DNA of 43,280 nucleotides from a virus, in IMG/VR virus record IMGVR_UViG_3300013001_000001, positions 1 to 43,280 of that record; one strand, given 5' to 3'. Both the position numbers and the translations under genes were made by a program. Shown here piece after piece: positions 6,107 to 15,590 of this stretch (positions are counted from its first letter, which is position 1; each line of letters starts with the position of its first letter). The notes below the pieces were generated by a model. The model ran no database searches. It saw nothing but the letters and a program-made list of their open reading frames with translations, and had not been told where the DNA came from.

Positions 6107-6568
6107 ATGTCCCAGCTTTCCGAGCACCAGCCAGGCAGCGAGCGCCATCTGGATGAGTACCGAGCGGAGCATCGTCCCGATTGGCAAGACATGGTCGACG
6201 GCGACATCCCACTCAACCCGCTGCAGCGAATCTGGTTCGACGCCACCCCGCTCGATCGGCGCGACCCCCAAGAGGTCCAGGACTGGTGGAAGCGGCCCTA
6301 CATCCAGACCTTCACCCTGGCGCAGCACCTGAACATGCTCCGCGAGAAGAACGCGAACGACGCCTACCTGGACGACCGGGTACGCGACTGCAAGGCGGCC
6401 TGGCACATGGCCTGGCCAGAGGGCACCCGGTATGAGGTGCGCGCCCTGGATGGCGCCGATGCCACCGGCTCGACCTGCTGGGGCATCACCGCGACCCTCG
6501 CGGACGCCATCCGCCTGGTGCGCGCCGGCCCGCGCGGGCTGAACCCCAAGGAACGCCCCTACTTCTGA
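6107..6568 (+). CDS. Hypothetical 153-aa protein; opposite-strand moron inside the late operon
   Basis: RBS CAGGAGAG 6 nt before ATG 6107. High-GC3 ORF. Its 3' end overlaps the convergent DUF1353 gene by 10 nt. Confidence 0.7.
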   Translation: MSQLSEHQPGSERHLDEYRAEHRPDWQDMVDGDIPLNPLQRIWFDATPLDRRDPQEVQDWWKRPYIQTFTLAQHLNMLREKNANDAYLDDRVRDCKAAWHMAWPEGTRYEVRALDGADATGSTCWGITATLADAIRLVRAGPRGLNPKERPYF

Positions 6569-7029
6569 GCGGCGCGGTACCGGGCGAAGCCGCCCAGGCG
6601 CACCCCGCACCAGAAGATGCTCGATCGCCAGGCGGCGGTCCCGTCGCCTAAGTGCAAGGCGCGGTAGTACAGGCCATCGGCCTGGCGCCGCGTCAGCTCC
6701 CCCCGCAGATACTCGTAGTCGTGCAGGATCGAGGCGCGCAGCCCGTACCCGGCAGTGAGCGCATAGAGCGCCAGCGCCACCAGGGCGACGACCAGGCCGA
6801 GCTGCTCAACCCAGCCCCAGCCGATCACCCAGGCAGCCAGGGCCACCAGCAGCGCATAGCGGCAGACCTCGCGCAGGATGCGGATAGAGGCGAGATCCGA
6901 CACGAAGCCCGCCGGCACCACGCGGGTGCCCAGGACCGGATCCAGGTAGACCAGCGGCTCCACCAGCTCGAACACCCACCGCGAGCGCTGCATCACCACC
7001 GCCCGCGATTGGAATTTGCCAGAGCTCAT
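6559..7029 (-). CDS. DUF1353-like membrane protein, 156 aa
   Basis: VPAGFVSDLASIR and ILHDYEYLRG motifs typical of DUF1353, with two central TM helices. Confidence 0.7.
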   Translation of the reverse strand: MSSGKFQSRAVVMQRSRWVFELVEPLVYLDPVLGTRVVPAGFVSDLASIRILREVCRYALLVALAAWVIGWGWVEQLGLVVALVALALYALTAGYGLRASILHDYEYLRGELTRRQADGLYYRALHLGDGTAAWRSSIFWCGVRLGGFARYRAAQK

Positions 7030-7032
7030 GGG

Positions 7033-7425
7033 TCAGCCTGCAGGCGGCCAGCCTTCCTCGAGCATGGCATCGGTGAAGGTTTCGGCGTCCAGGGCGTCCA
7101 GCAGCGCCGCCTCCCGGTCGAAACAGGCCTGCACATGCCGACGCACGGCCATGGCCATGCCGATGACCGTCTTGGCGTCCAGCGCGACGAAGCCGGCGGC
7201 GGTCTTGAAGTTGAGCTTATAGGCGGGGTCGATCATGGCCTGGACCGTCGCGCCGGTGATCAGCGCCTGCGATTCCCGGTCGGTGGGTACCGGCAGGCCT
7301 TGGATCGACGTCCCGCCGGTCTCGGCCTGCCAGCGCCGGTTGGCGATGCGGGCGCGCGTTTCCACCAGGGCGGCTAGCTCCTTCACCTCGGCGGTCACCA
7401 GCTGCGACAGGTCAATGTTCGACAT
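7033..7425 (-). CDS. Tail fibre assembly/chaperone-like protein, 130 aa
   Basis: Strong RBS GAGGAGG before ATG 7425. Lies directly downstream of the fibre genes. C-terminus resembles DUF4376-type fibre assembly proteins. Confidence 0.55.
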   Translation of the reverse strand: MSNIDLSQLVTAEVKELAALVETRARIANRRWQAETGGTSIQGLPVPTDRESQALITGATVQAMIDPAYKLNFKTAAGFVALDAKTVIGMAMAVRRHVQACFDREAALLDALDAETFTDAMLEEGWPPAG

Positions 7426-7738
7426 CGGGCGCCTCCTCTTCGGGCGGATCGAACGGGAGCGCCAGCAGGCCATCAGGCGGATCCAGCAGCGGCTCCGGGA
7501 AGGCGACGGCCTGGGAAGGGTTGCGGCCATGGGGCAGGATGAGCGTCAGCTCAAGCACTCCGCCGGCGCGGTGGATGTCGCCGGCGAGCCAGGCGGTGGC
7601 CACCGCGGTCGACGGCAGGCTGGCGCCCTCGGGAATGACCGAGAAGTCGAAGGCCTCGCCATTGATGGTCAGGACATCGCCCGCCTTCTGCACGACCAGG
7701 ACGCCCTCGGTACGCATGGGTGACAGGTTGATTATCAT
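7412..7738 (-). CDS. Hypothetical tail-fibre-associated protein, 108 aa
   Basis: TGATG coupling to the upstream fibre gene. Its stop overlaps the downstream start. Confidence 0.6.
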   Translation of the reverse strand: MIINLSPMRTEGVLVVQKAGDVLTINGEAFDFSVIPEGASLPSTAVATAWLAGDIHRAGGVLELTLILPHGRNPSQAVAFPEPLLDPPDGLLALPFDPPEEEAPDVEH

Positions 7739-8559
7739 CAGTAGTAGCACCGCCCGACAGCCAGGCACTGGATGTTGTGGTTCATCTGGTGCGCTTGATC
7801 GCTTTGGTTTTTGATGTAGATGCTGCCCATGTAGGTGGAGGCCTTGCCCTCGAAGCCCATGGTGTAGTCATAGGCCCAGCCACTCATGTTCTGCAGGAAC
7901 CCGCACCAGTTCGAGTCGGCGAAAGCCGCAGGGAAGGTCCAGGTGTAGCCTGGAGAAAGCCCCTTGGGATTGGCCGCGATTGATTCCGTGGTGATCGTCC
8001 GCCAGCAGATCTGCCAGCCGCCAGCGAGCCGCACCCAGGTCCCGTTCGCGTTCGCACCGACCTCGACGATGGCAGTACCCGCCGATGAGACCTGCCCCAG
8101 CACTGGCAGCCGAGCAAACGCCAGGACCCCGGATACGATGTCCGCGGCCGTGGCCGCACGCCCAGCAGTTACCCGGCCATAGAGATCCGTGGCCACCACC
8201 CCCCAGGTGCCCTCGGGCATGCCCGTCTTGGGTAGGTCGGCCGCCTGCAGGATTCGGCCATTCGTGACCCGCCCCTTGGCATCGACTGTGAGCACCGCGT
8301 AGGTACCCGCAGTGACGCCGGTACCAGCCAGCGTCAGCGGGATGGCGATATTGCTGGACCCATCGAAGTCGACCGAGCCGCTGCCGTCTCCGTTGAGGCC
8401 GATGGAGCGCGGCGTGGTCAGCTTGGCCGCGCTGCCAGTGATCGACTTGATATCGGTGTTCGCGCCCGATGCGGCCTTGCCAGCCAGGCCGGTGCGCAGG
8501 GCCTTGATGTCGGCGGCAAGGGCCTGGGCAAGCGCGGTGATGCGCGATTCCAGGCTCAT
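7738..8559 (-). CDS. Tail fibre protein, 273 aa
   Basis: Fibre repeats GTYAVLTVDAKGRVTNG and DLYGRVTAG. N-terminus is paralogous to the neighbouring fibre gene. Confidence 0.8.
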   Translation of the reverse strand: MSLESRITALAQALAADIKALRTGLAGKAASGANTDIKSITGSAAKLTTPRSIGLNGDGSGSVDFDGSSNIAIPLTLAGTGVTAGTYAVLTVDAKGRVTNGRILQAADLPKTGMPEGTWGVVATDLYGRVTAGRAATAADIVSGVLAFARLPVLGQVSSAGTAIVEVGANANGTWVRLAGGWQICWRTITTESIAANPKGLSPGYTWTFPAAFADSNWCGFLQNMSGWAYDYTMGFEGKASTYMGSIYIKNQSDQAHQMNHNIQCLAVGRCYY

Positions 8560-8562
8560 GGC

Positions 8563-9057
8563 TTACCCCCGGGCGGTGGTGTAGTCGGCGACGAAGTCGT
8601 GCTCAGGATCCCCGACGCCGATGTTGGCGCAGGCCTGCACCTTCTGCGCGGCGGTCAGGGTCTGCGCAGCATCGAAGCGCACCCGGTTACCCAGGGCGGT
8701 AGCGATGGTGGCGGCATAGTTCGGATCGTTGCCGAGGGCCTTCGCCAGCTCGCCGAAGGTATCCAGGGCGGCGGTGGCGCCGTTGGTGAGCTCGGTGCGC
8801 AGGGAGTTGATCGAGGCGAGGATCGAGTCGTAGATCTTGTCGGCGGACCAGGTGACCGTGGTCACCCCATCGCCGGCGGTATCGTCGATCTTGGCGCCGG
8901 TGTTGCCGACCATGCCGAACAGCTCGTTCAAGGCGGCCACCAGGTTGCCCTTGGCGGTGGTCTTGAGGGTGGTCAGATCACCATCGTTGGTGCGCAGCGC
9001 TTTGACGTCGGCGCCGATCTGTTGGGCCAGGGCGATGACGCGGGCTTCGAGAGACAT
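8563..9057 (-). CDS. Tail fibre protein (second, N-terminally paralogous), 164 aa
   Basis: MSLEARVIALAQQIGADVKALRT compared with MSLESRITALAQALAADIKALRT in the next gene. Confidence 0.7.
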   Translation of the reverse strand: MSLEARVIALAQQIGADVKALRTNDGDLTTLKTTAKGNLVAALNELFGMVGNTGAKIDDTAGDGVTTVTWSADKIYDSILASINSLRTELTNGATAALDTFGELAKALGNDPNYAATIATALGNRVRFDAAQTLTAAQKVQACANIGVGDPEHDFVADYTTARG

Positions 9058-9063
9058 AGGGGC

Positions 9064-9303
9064 TTACTCCTTGGCGAGGATGTAGTAGGCGAGCGGGTCA
9101 GGGATGAAGGTGTCGCGGACGAACAGCCCGCCATCGCTGCCGACGGTCAGGCGGTTATCAGGGTCGGTGCTGACCTCGGCGGCGCCGGCGCCGCGTGGAC
9201 CAGGCTCGGAAAGGGCGACGACCGCGGGCGCGACGTCGGGCTCGATGACGACGGCGAAGCCGCCCTCCATCAGCATCACAGGCGGCAGGTCGGACTCGAT
9301 CAC
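9064..9303 (-). CDS. Hypothetical tail-module protein, 79 aa
   Basis: Tightly packed ORF in the tail module with high GC3. Confidence 0.55.
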   Translation of the reverse strand: MIESDLPPVMLMEGGFAVVIEPDVAPAVVALSEPGPRGAGAAEVSTDPDNRLTVGSDGGLFVRDTFIPDPLAYYILAKE

Positions 9304-9866
9304 GGCACCACCTCCGCATCGCCCTCGAACCAGCGCACCACGGTCCCATCCGGGAAGGTGAGGTCGATCCGGTAGGGCGCGGTGGACCAGGGCAGATCCG
9401 CCGAGGCCTCGATGCGCCGGCGCAGCGTTCCAGGGCCGAGCACCTGCAGGCCCTGGTTGTCGGCGTCCAGCTGCAGGAGCGTCTTGCCGGTGCGAGCATC
9501 GAAGACGCGCAGCACCCCGGTCACGCCGGCGAGATCCACCGGCGGCAGGTAGACCAGGCGCCCGCCCCGGGGCCGCATGCCGGTGGCATCGATCGCGTTG
9601 ATTTCCAGGGTGTCGACGTCGACCACCCGGGCCGAGTGCGGGCGGCCAGAGCGCACCTCGCGGTTGAGATCCGGCAGGCCATCGACCCCGGAAAACCAGA
9701 CCGGCCAGGTGCCGGCCAGGCCATGCCCGGGCACCTTGATCCGCACCGGCGCCGATGGCTCGATGGACTCAATGGGCTTGTAGACGCGGGACGGCTGCAT
9801 GAGGCGCAGCGTCTCGTTGAGGGTCACCCCCCGAATAACGCGCAGGGGTAGGCGGGCCGGCTGCAT
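9300..9866 (-). CDS. Hypothetical tail-tip/baseplate protein, 188 aa
   Basis: ORF in the tail module. Its stop overlaps the downstream start. Confidence 0.6.
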   Translation of the reverse strand: MQPARLPLRVIRGVTLNETLRLMQPSRVYKPIESIEPSAPVRIKVPGHGLAGTWPVWFSGVDGLPDLNREVRSGRPHSARVVDVDTLEINAIDATGMRPRGGRLVYLPPVDLAGVTGVLRVFDARTGKTLLQLDADNQGLQVLGPGTLRRRIEASADLPWSTAPYRIDLTFPDGTVVRWFEGDAEVVP

Positions 9867-9890
9867 GGCTGGCTTCTCCAGGGTGAGGGT

Positions 9891-11567
9891 TTAGACGAAG
9901 CCGACGAAGCCCTTCTCGCTGGTGGCGAGCTCGTCAGTGATCCGGTTGTAGGCGACCTGCAGGGGCGGGAGCACGGCAGGCTTGGCGTACTGCTTCACCT
10001 CGCCGCCGACCTTGTCGAAGTAGAAAAAGCGCCCAGCGCGGATGCTGGTGAGGACGTAGTCCCCCTCGTACCTTTTGACGATCAGCTGCCCAATGTTCAG
10101 CGACAGTAGCCGCAGGCTGTATTGCAGCCCAACACTGTCCTTGAAACTGGAGTAGTTCGCGTTTGAAGCGGGCAGATACAGATGGCTCGCGTAGGACCCC
10201 CGTGAGCTGCCCTCACCGCCCGATGCCGAGTGCAGCAGCACGCCATCCATGAAGGCCTTCTGCTCCCACTGAACAGCGTTCGAGGTGGAGAGATGGCCAA
10301 CCATAGTGCCAGTCCAGTCATAGTCGATGGTATCGGTGAACTGCGCGTGTCCGGTGTATTTGATCGAGGTAGAAGCACCAGGAGCACTGACGCGCATCTC
10401 AGAGGTGACAGACAGAGACCCGGAGCCACCCCCGGACCACCTAGCACCGCCCTGCTTGGTCACCTCGAACGCCCAGTTCGGCGCGTATTGCACCCACTCC
10501 GTATCTTCCGAGTGGTCCCCACCCGAAGGCCCTGACATGGTGAAGATTTCGGCGAAGTCCACGTCGAAGCGGATGGGGACCGGCTTATCCTCCGCGTCAT
10601 AGAAGTAGCCGCATGCCGCGTTCCGAACCTGGTAGGTCAGCCGATGGCTACCGCCCACAGTGAACAGGACGGACATGCCTGGCGCATTGCCCACGCCGGT
10701 CAGGGTGCCATAGGAGGTGTACCCCGCCCGCATGGTCTCCGTTTCCACGGTGGTTTCGCCACCCGTAGAGAAGGCTTGTACCCAGCCATGGTCGTAGTTA
10801 TCCGAGTAAGTCTGGGTGCTGGACCATTCCAAGTTGATCTCGGTCAGGTGCGCCTTATGGGTGCGCTTGCCGGTTTCGTCATCCACCTCGGTGGAGATCA
10901 CCAGCTCGAACCACCGCGCCCCGGGGCGCAGCTTTGTAGGCCCGCCGTCCGGGTCATAGATATACCCCAGGTACTGGTCTTTAGCCCCGCTCGACAGCAG
11001 CACCCGCGAGCCATCCCGAGTGGTGTCGGAGATATCCAGCTGACCCACATAGCCCCATTCCGCCTTCACGGTTTCAGTGAGCGGAATCTCCTCATGCCTC
11101 CATTGGTCACGCACGTCCTCCTCCGGCGAGCGCCGCAGGACGGGCTGCGGCGACAGGCGAAGCCTACGGGAGGATTCGCCCCCGAAGATGCCCACCATGA
11201 ACACCTGCTCGCCGTCGCTATAAAGCCACTTCGGCAGAGTGGGAATGGACTGTTCCCATTCCGAGCGCAGATGCACATGCATCTGGGCATAGTCGAACAG
11301 CACATCCGGCCGCCACTCGATGCCACGCTTCTTGTCTTCAGCCTGCTGCTCAGGCGTGCGCTCGACGGGCTTCGCCCTGGGATCGCGGAACCACTGGCAG
11401 CCCTTCGCCGTGAGCACGTCACCGGCGGGATAGGGGACAAACTGCCCATTGGGCAGCCAGATGGAAAGCTCATATTCGCCAGGCCGAGCCTGCACCTTCC
11501 CATGCCACGGCACGCCGAACAGAAACTCATCCCCGGGCGTCCAGTCATGCAGAGCGCTATCGAACAT
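9891..11567 (-). CDS. Tail-tip structural protein, 558 aa
   Basis: Long high-GC3 ORF in the tail module. ATGA-type junction with the upstream gene. Confidence 0.7.
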   Translation of the reverse strand: MFDSALHDWTPGDEFLFGVPWHGKVQARPGEYELSIWLPNGQFVPYPAGDVLTAKGCQWFRDPRAKPVERTPEQQAEDKKRGIEWRPDVLFDYAQMHVHLRSEWEQSIPTLPKWLYSDGEQVFMVGIFGGESSRRLRLSPQPVLRRSPEEDVRDQWRHEEIPLTETVKAEWGYVGQLDISDTTRDGSRVLLSSGAKDQYLGYIYDPDGGPTKLRPGARWFELVISTEVDDETGKRTHKAHLTEINLEWSSTQTYSDNYDHGWVQAFSTGGETTVETETMRAGYTSYGTLTGVGNAPGMSVLFTVGGSHRLTYQVRNAACGYFYDAEDKPVPIRFDVDFAEIFTMSGPSGGDHSEDTEWVQYAPNWAFEVTKQGGARWSGGGSGSLSVTSEMRVSAPGASTSIKYTGHAQFTDTIDYDWTGTMVGHLSTSNAVQWEQKAFMDGVLLHSASGGEGSSRGSYASHLYLPASNANYSSFKDSVGLQYSLRLLSLNIGQLIVKRYEGDYVLTSIRAGRFFYFDKVGGEVKQYAKPAVLPPLQVAYNRITDELATSEKGFVGFV

Positions 11568-11926
11568 CAGCCCTCCTCCTTTTTCTTCGGTATGGGCGCC
11601 TTGAACTGCAGCACCACCGGCGACTGATTCGCGTCGCGCATGGTGATGCTCTTCAGCGCCTTCACTTCCACCGACAGCACGAAGTCGTTGGAGTAGAGCC
11701 GAGAGACTTCCTCGTAGTAGGTGCGAGACGTCGACTTCGATCCGTCCTCATTGGTGATCTCGGTTTCAGTCAGCGGCGAGGCGATACCCGCGGTACCCGC
11801 AGCCTCTGGCTCGGTAAAGCTGCTTGTGCCCCGCTGCCCGGCCAGGCCGCCGCGGGCTTCAACGGTTGCCAGCGCCTGCCGGACGCGGGTCTGGATCAGC
11901 GCGTTTAGGTCATCGACCAGGCTCAT
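11567..11926 (-). CDS. Hypothetical tail-module protein, 119 aa
   Basis: Translationally coupled on both sides within the tail module. Confidence 0.6.
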   Translation of the reverse strand: MSLVDDLNALIQTRVRQALATVEARGGLAGQRGTSSFTEPEAAGTAGIASPLTETEITNEDGSKSTSRTYYEEVSRLYSNDFVLSVEVKALKSITMRDANQSPVVLQFKAPIPKKKEEG

Positions 11927-14304
11927 GGGATCGCCTCCAGGGTGAGCAGGTCGCCCCGGGTGGCCACCTCAAAGCGGGCCGACGCCGTGGGCTTCATTTC
12001 ATCGGTATAGGCCGCAGCGATATCCGGGGCAGTGACCTGGAAGCGCCGCGGGAAGGTGCCGCCACCGCTGGTGGTCATGGCGGCGGATTCTTCGGTAACC
12101 GTGGTGGTGGTGGTGTTGCCGTTGCCATCGGTCGAGGTGGTGGTGGTCGTTTCGTGCCCGAAAGAATCGACGTTCGAGGACGACGTCGAGCCCTTGGTAT
12201 TCGGGTCGCCGCCAGGCGCCGTGACCGAGGTGGAGTTGGTCCGGGTGCCATGCACCACGCTGGAGTAGTTGCCGGCATAGCCATCCACGTCATCGCGATA
12301 GGCAGAGCTGGGCGTGCCCTTCTCGGCCAGCTGCGTGGCGAGCGGCTTCGTGGAGCTGAACGGCGGCAGGCCGGTCACGTCCGGCTTCGCCGGCTGGGCA
12401 TAGGCGCTGGAGCGATCGCCGTAGCCCGCCGAGATGGCCACCGCCACCTTCACGGTATCGGCGCCGTTCTCCAGATCCCACTCGAAGTCCAGGGCGGCCA
12501 CCTTGCCCTGGGCAGTGCAGCCAGAGGCCTGCGCCCACACGGTGTGCGACAGATCCAGATCCGCCGCCGGCACCGGCGTGGTGAACAGCGCGCGCGTGCC
12601 GCGGTGGGTGCTGGCGATCTTGGTGGCGGCCAGCGCGTAGGCGGTGGCGAGCAGGTTCGCGCGCAGCGCCGTATCGTCCTTGTCCAGGATCTCGTCCCCG
12701 ACTTCATCGCGCCGGCCCCAGCCCGTCGACAGCACCGGCGGCAAGCCGCCCTTGGCGTAGGCGGAGGAATCCGCCGCTTGATCCATCGCCTCCCAGGCCG
12801 AGGTATCGAACTCGGATTCAGCCGAGTAGGTATCGCGCAGGATCTGCTCGCCCAGGGCGGCGATCGACGCCGAGTTCTGGACGGTGATGGTGTACGTCTC
12901 GGTGACCGACTGACCGATGCGGCGCACGACCTTGGAGCTCATGCTGAGCGCGAAAGGATCGTTGGTGTAGGGATTGATCCAGGCCCCCTGCGCACCCGGG
13001 CAGAGGTCAGGCAGCGGCGCCGACGCCGGCAGGGTCTGGAAGGTCAGCGCCTGCAGCGCCCAGCCGGTACCGGCCAGCGCCTCCTTGATCATCGAGACGG
13101 TCGGCAGATCCGAGGTCTTGAGCCGCCACTGGCAGAAGCCGCCTGCAGGATGGCCCCAGTTGTAGGAGGCCGAGCGCTGGCGCAGGCGGGTGTAGCGGTA
13201 TTCGACGGTAAGGACGACCTGGTTGTAGAGCGATTCGGTCGACATGATATCGATCGAGAAAGAGTCGTCCACGATGGTATCGGCGCCGAAGTACAGATCC
13301 GGCGTGGCCTTGGGCTGCCAGGGCACCAGGCGAACCTGGCCGTCCACGGTCATATCCAGGGCGGCGGCCACCGATTCCATGCGTTGCTGGGCATAGTCCC
13401 AATGGCTCTCGATGGCGCCAGAGATCGCCTCCTCCCACCGGCCCCCGATCAGGGTGGCGATCGCCGGGACCTCCATCGCCTCCAGGGTGGCCTTCAGGGT
13501 ATCGGCGCAGGTCAGGTGCAGGACGCCGGCATGCGGATCCCACTCGGGCGTGGCCACGACCCCGCCGAAGCGCTTGACCTCCTTCACCCGGCCATCCGCG
13601 TCCGTGTGCTGGCTGTAGATCGCCACAGAGCGGCCCAGCCAGGCGATCGGCAGCAGCGTCGACTCCAGGGGCACCAGGGACACCTCGGCGATGCGCGCAG
13701 CGCCCTCGGCCGCGGTGACGGTCACACGGCCCACCAGGCGCGCGGAGAGATCCACCTGACCGATCACCACGCGCAAGGACCAGCGCACGCTGGCGCCGAC
13801 CTGAACGGGCACGCCGGCGCCCGGGCTGGTGCCAGGCGCAGGGTTGGTCGGATCCACGCTGCCAGGGTTGCCCGGGTTGGTGGGCGTGCCGGGATTTGTG
13901 GGCGTTCCGGGATCGGTCGGCGTTCCAGGGTCGGTCGGCGTGCCGGGATCCGTAGGCGTGCCCGGATCCACCGGCGCGCCACCAGACAGGCTGCCGCCCA
14001 TGATGGGGCCGCTATTGATCGGGCCTCCATTGAGGACGGGCGAGCCGGTGCTGGTACCAGAGCCCGAACCTGAGCCGCCGCCCGAATTACCACCTGGTGG
14101 CGTTTGCTCAGCGGCCTCGGCGTAGCCAGGGGCATTGATCGGCCCGGCGTTGATCGGGCCGCCGTTGAGGACCGGCGAGCCGGTGCTGGTACCAGATCCC
14201 GAGCCCGAGCCGCTGCCGGCATTACCACCAGGTGGCGTTTGCTCGATCGCCTCGGCGTCGCCGGCCGCATTGATCGGCCTGGCGTTGATCGGGAAGCGAT
14301 TCAC
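11923..14304 (-). CDS. Large tail-tip / host-specificity-type protein, 793 aa, with a repetitive Gly/Pro-rich N-terminus (GTG start)
   Basis: Longest ORF after the tape measure. N-terminal 45-aa tandem repeats and (DPGTPT)n collagen-like hexapeptides. Confidence 0.75.
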   Translation of the reverse strand: MNRFPINARPINAAGDAEAIEQTPPGGNAGSGSGSGSGTSTGSPVLNGGPINAGPINAPGYAEAAEQTPPGGNSGGGSGSGSGTSTGSPVLNGGPINSGPIMGGSLSGGAPVDPGTPTDPGTPTDPGTPTDPGTPTNPGTPTNPGNPGSVDPTNPAPGTSPGAGVPVQVGASVRWSLRVVIGQVDLSARLVGRVTVTAAEGAARIAEVSLVPLESTLLPIAWLGRSVAIYSQHTDADGRVKEVKRFGGVVATPEWDPHAGVLHLTCADTLKATLEAMEVPAIATLIGGRWEEAISGAIESHWDYAQQRMESVAAALDMTVDGQVRLVPWQPKATPDLYFGADTIVDDSFSIDIMSTESLYNQVVLTVEYRYTRLRQRSASYNWGHPAGGFCQWRLKTSDLPTVSMIKEALAGTGWALQALTFQTLPASAPLPDLCPGAQGAWINPYTNDPFALSMSSKVVRRIGQSVTETYTITVQNSASIAALGEQILRDTYSAESEFDTSAWEAMDQAADSSAYAKGGLPPVLSTGWGRRDEVGDEILDKDDTALRANLLATAYALAATKIASTHRGTRALFTTPVPAADLDLSHTVWAQASGCTAQGKVAALDFEWDLENGADTVKVAVAISAGYGDRSSAYAQPAKPDVTGLPPFSSTKPLATQLAEKGTPSSAYRDDVDGYAGNYSSVVHGTRTNSTSVTAPGGDPNTKGSTSSSNVDSFGHETTTTTSTDGNGNTTTTTVTEESAAMTTSGGGTFPRRFQVTAPDIAAAYTDEMKPTASARFEVATRGDLLTLEAIP
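13860..13975. repeat. 18-bp tandem repeats encoding (D/N)PGTPT x5-6
   Basis: Units GGCGTGCCGGGATCNGTN read directly. Protein PVDPGTPTDPGTPTDPGTPTDPGTPTNPGTPTNPGNPG. Confidence 0.85.
13993..14292. repeat. 135-bp tandem duplication (about 2.2 copies) at the 5' end of the 793-aa gene
   Basis: TTGATCGGGCC recurs at 14015, 14150 and 14285. Protein PINxxPINAxGxAEAxEQTPPGGNxGxGSGSGSGTSTGSPVLNGG occurs twice. Confidence 0.85.
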
Positions 14305-14309
14305 CGCTG

Positions 14310-15077
14310 CTACACCACCCGCTCAAGGGGCTCGACGGAAACGGCGAGGAACCCGCTCGCTACGTTTTCCAGGACCACGCGGTAAAGCCCGTTGGTAGCC
14401 AGAGGCACAGCCCACTGACCGTTGATCTGCTTCACGCCGGAACCGGGTACGAAGACCACCTGCAGGTAGGACGGGAAGTCGAAAACCAGCCGAGGTGCAG
14501 AGCCTACGTTCTCCAGCAGGATGGTCATTTTGCGCCAAGCGCCCAGCCCATAGTCGGTGATTCTGATCACGGCGCCGTAGACGTTGAGGGCTTCACTCGC
14601 CTCGGTGCGCCACTGGAGCACGCCCCCGGTCGCCCGCCACCGAGCGTCCTCCAGGTCGAGCTGGTCCAGCAGGTTAACGCCCGTACCCATAAAGGCGCCG
14701 GAAGCGTCCAGCGCATAGCCAGTCAGCGCGTTCATCGTAGCGATGTCCCCGGCGGTCAGCGCCTGATACACCAGGGTACCCACCGGCCAATCGCGCGCGT
14801 CTCCTTCGCCGTTGTTAGCTTCGCTCCCCCGCATCGCGTAGATCTGATCGCCTTTGTAGGCGTAGACCGTGATCACCTCCCAGGCGCCGGTCTTCGGGTC
14901 AGCCAGGGTCAGGGTCATCGAGAGGGTAGGAAGCGTCAGCGTGTCGAGATCCGGCAGATTGTTTGCCTTGAGCTTTTCCATGACCGCCGCCGGGATCGAG
15001 ATGTAGTTGTCCGCTGCTGCGCAGGCAGCGGCCAGGGTGAAGGTCAGGTTGTTGAGTAACAGCTTTTTTGCGGCCAT
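14310..15077 (-). CDS. Minor tail protein, 255 aa
   Basis: High-GC3 ORF two genes downstream of the tape measure. Confidence 0.65.
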   Translation of the reverse strand: MAAKKLLLNNLTFTLAAACAAADNYISIPAAVMEKLKANNLPDLDTLTLPTLSMTLTLADPKTGAWEVITVYAYKGDQIYAMRGSEANNGEGDARDWPVGTLVYQALTAGDIATMNALTGYALDASGAFMGTGVNLLDQLDLEDARWRATGGVLQWRTEASEALNVYGAVIRITDYGLGAWRKMTILLENVGSAPRLVFDFPSYLQVVFVPGSGVKQINGQWAVPLATNGLYRVVLENVASGFLAVSVEPLERVV

Positions 15078-15080
15078 GGG

Positions 15081-15590
15081 TCATGCCTCTTCGGCTTCAA
15101 TCGTCCAGTCATAGGTGGCGGCCTCGAAGTCGAGCCCGACGGTGGGGTCATCCAGGTACACCTGCAGCAGCGGCAGCCAATACACCTGGTAGAGCGAACC
15201 GCCCTCAATCGCCTCCAGGGTCACGGACTCCACGCCCTCGGTGACCTGCAGGGGCCACCAGCGATCGCCGACCAGGCCCATGCCCCAGGGCGCCACATCC
15301 CGCCGGCGGTTGCTGGGCAGCGCGAAGACCTGGGAACTGGCGGACGACATCGAGCGCGGGTGGACGCACGCAAGCTCGATCGGCTGCGAGTAGTCCAGCG
15401 ACGCCAGGGCCAGGGGCAGCCAGCCGCTGCCGCTGATGGTGGTGCGCAGCTTCGACCAGTGCGTGCGCTTCTTGCCGGCGCCGTTGGACATGCGCAGCAG
15501 GGTCGAGCCGCCCAGGGGCTCGTACTCCTGGCGCTGCAGGCCGGCATGGGTGGGCAGCGGGATGCCGCCGATGATCAACGGCGCTCTCAT
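15081..15590 (-). CDS. Minor tail protein, 169 aa
   Basis: ORF whose start overlaps the tape-measure stop. Confidence 0.65.
   Translation of the reverse strand: MRAPLIIGGIPLPTHAGLQRQEYEPLGGSTLLRMSNGAGKKRTHWSKLRTTISGSGWLPLALASLDYSQPIELACVHPRSMSSASSQVFALPSNRRRDVAPWGMGLVGDRWWPLQVTEGVESVTLEAIEGGSLYQVYWLPLLQVYLDDPTVGLDFEAATYDWTIEAEEA

Noticed and set aside
7738-14304. Diversity-generating retroelement (TR/VR pair) acting on the tail-fibre genes
   Set aside because: There is no reverse transcriptase gene anywhere in the genome, and I found no duplicated 100-150-bp template/variable repeat pair with adenine-specific differences.
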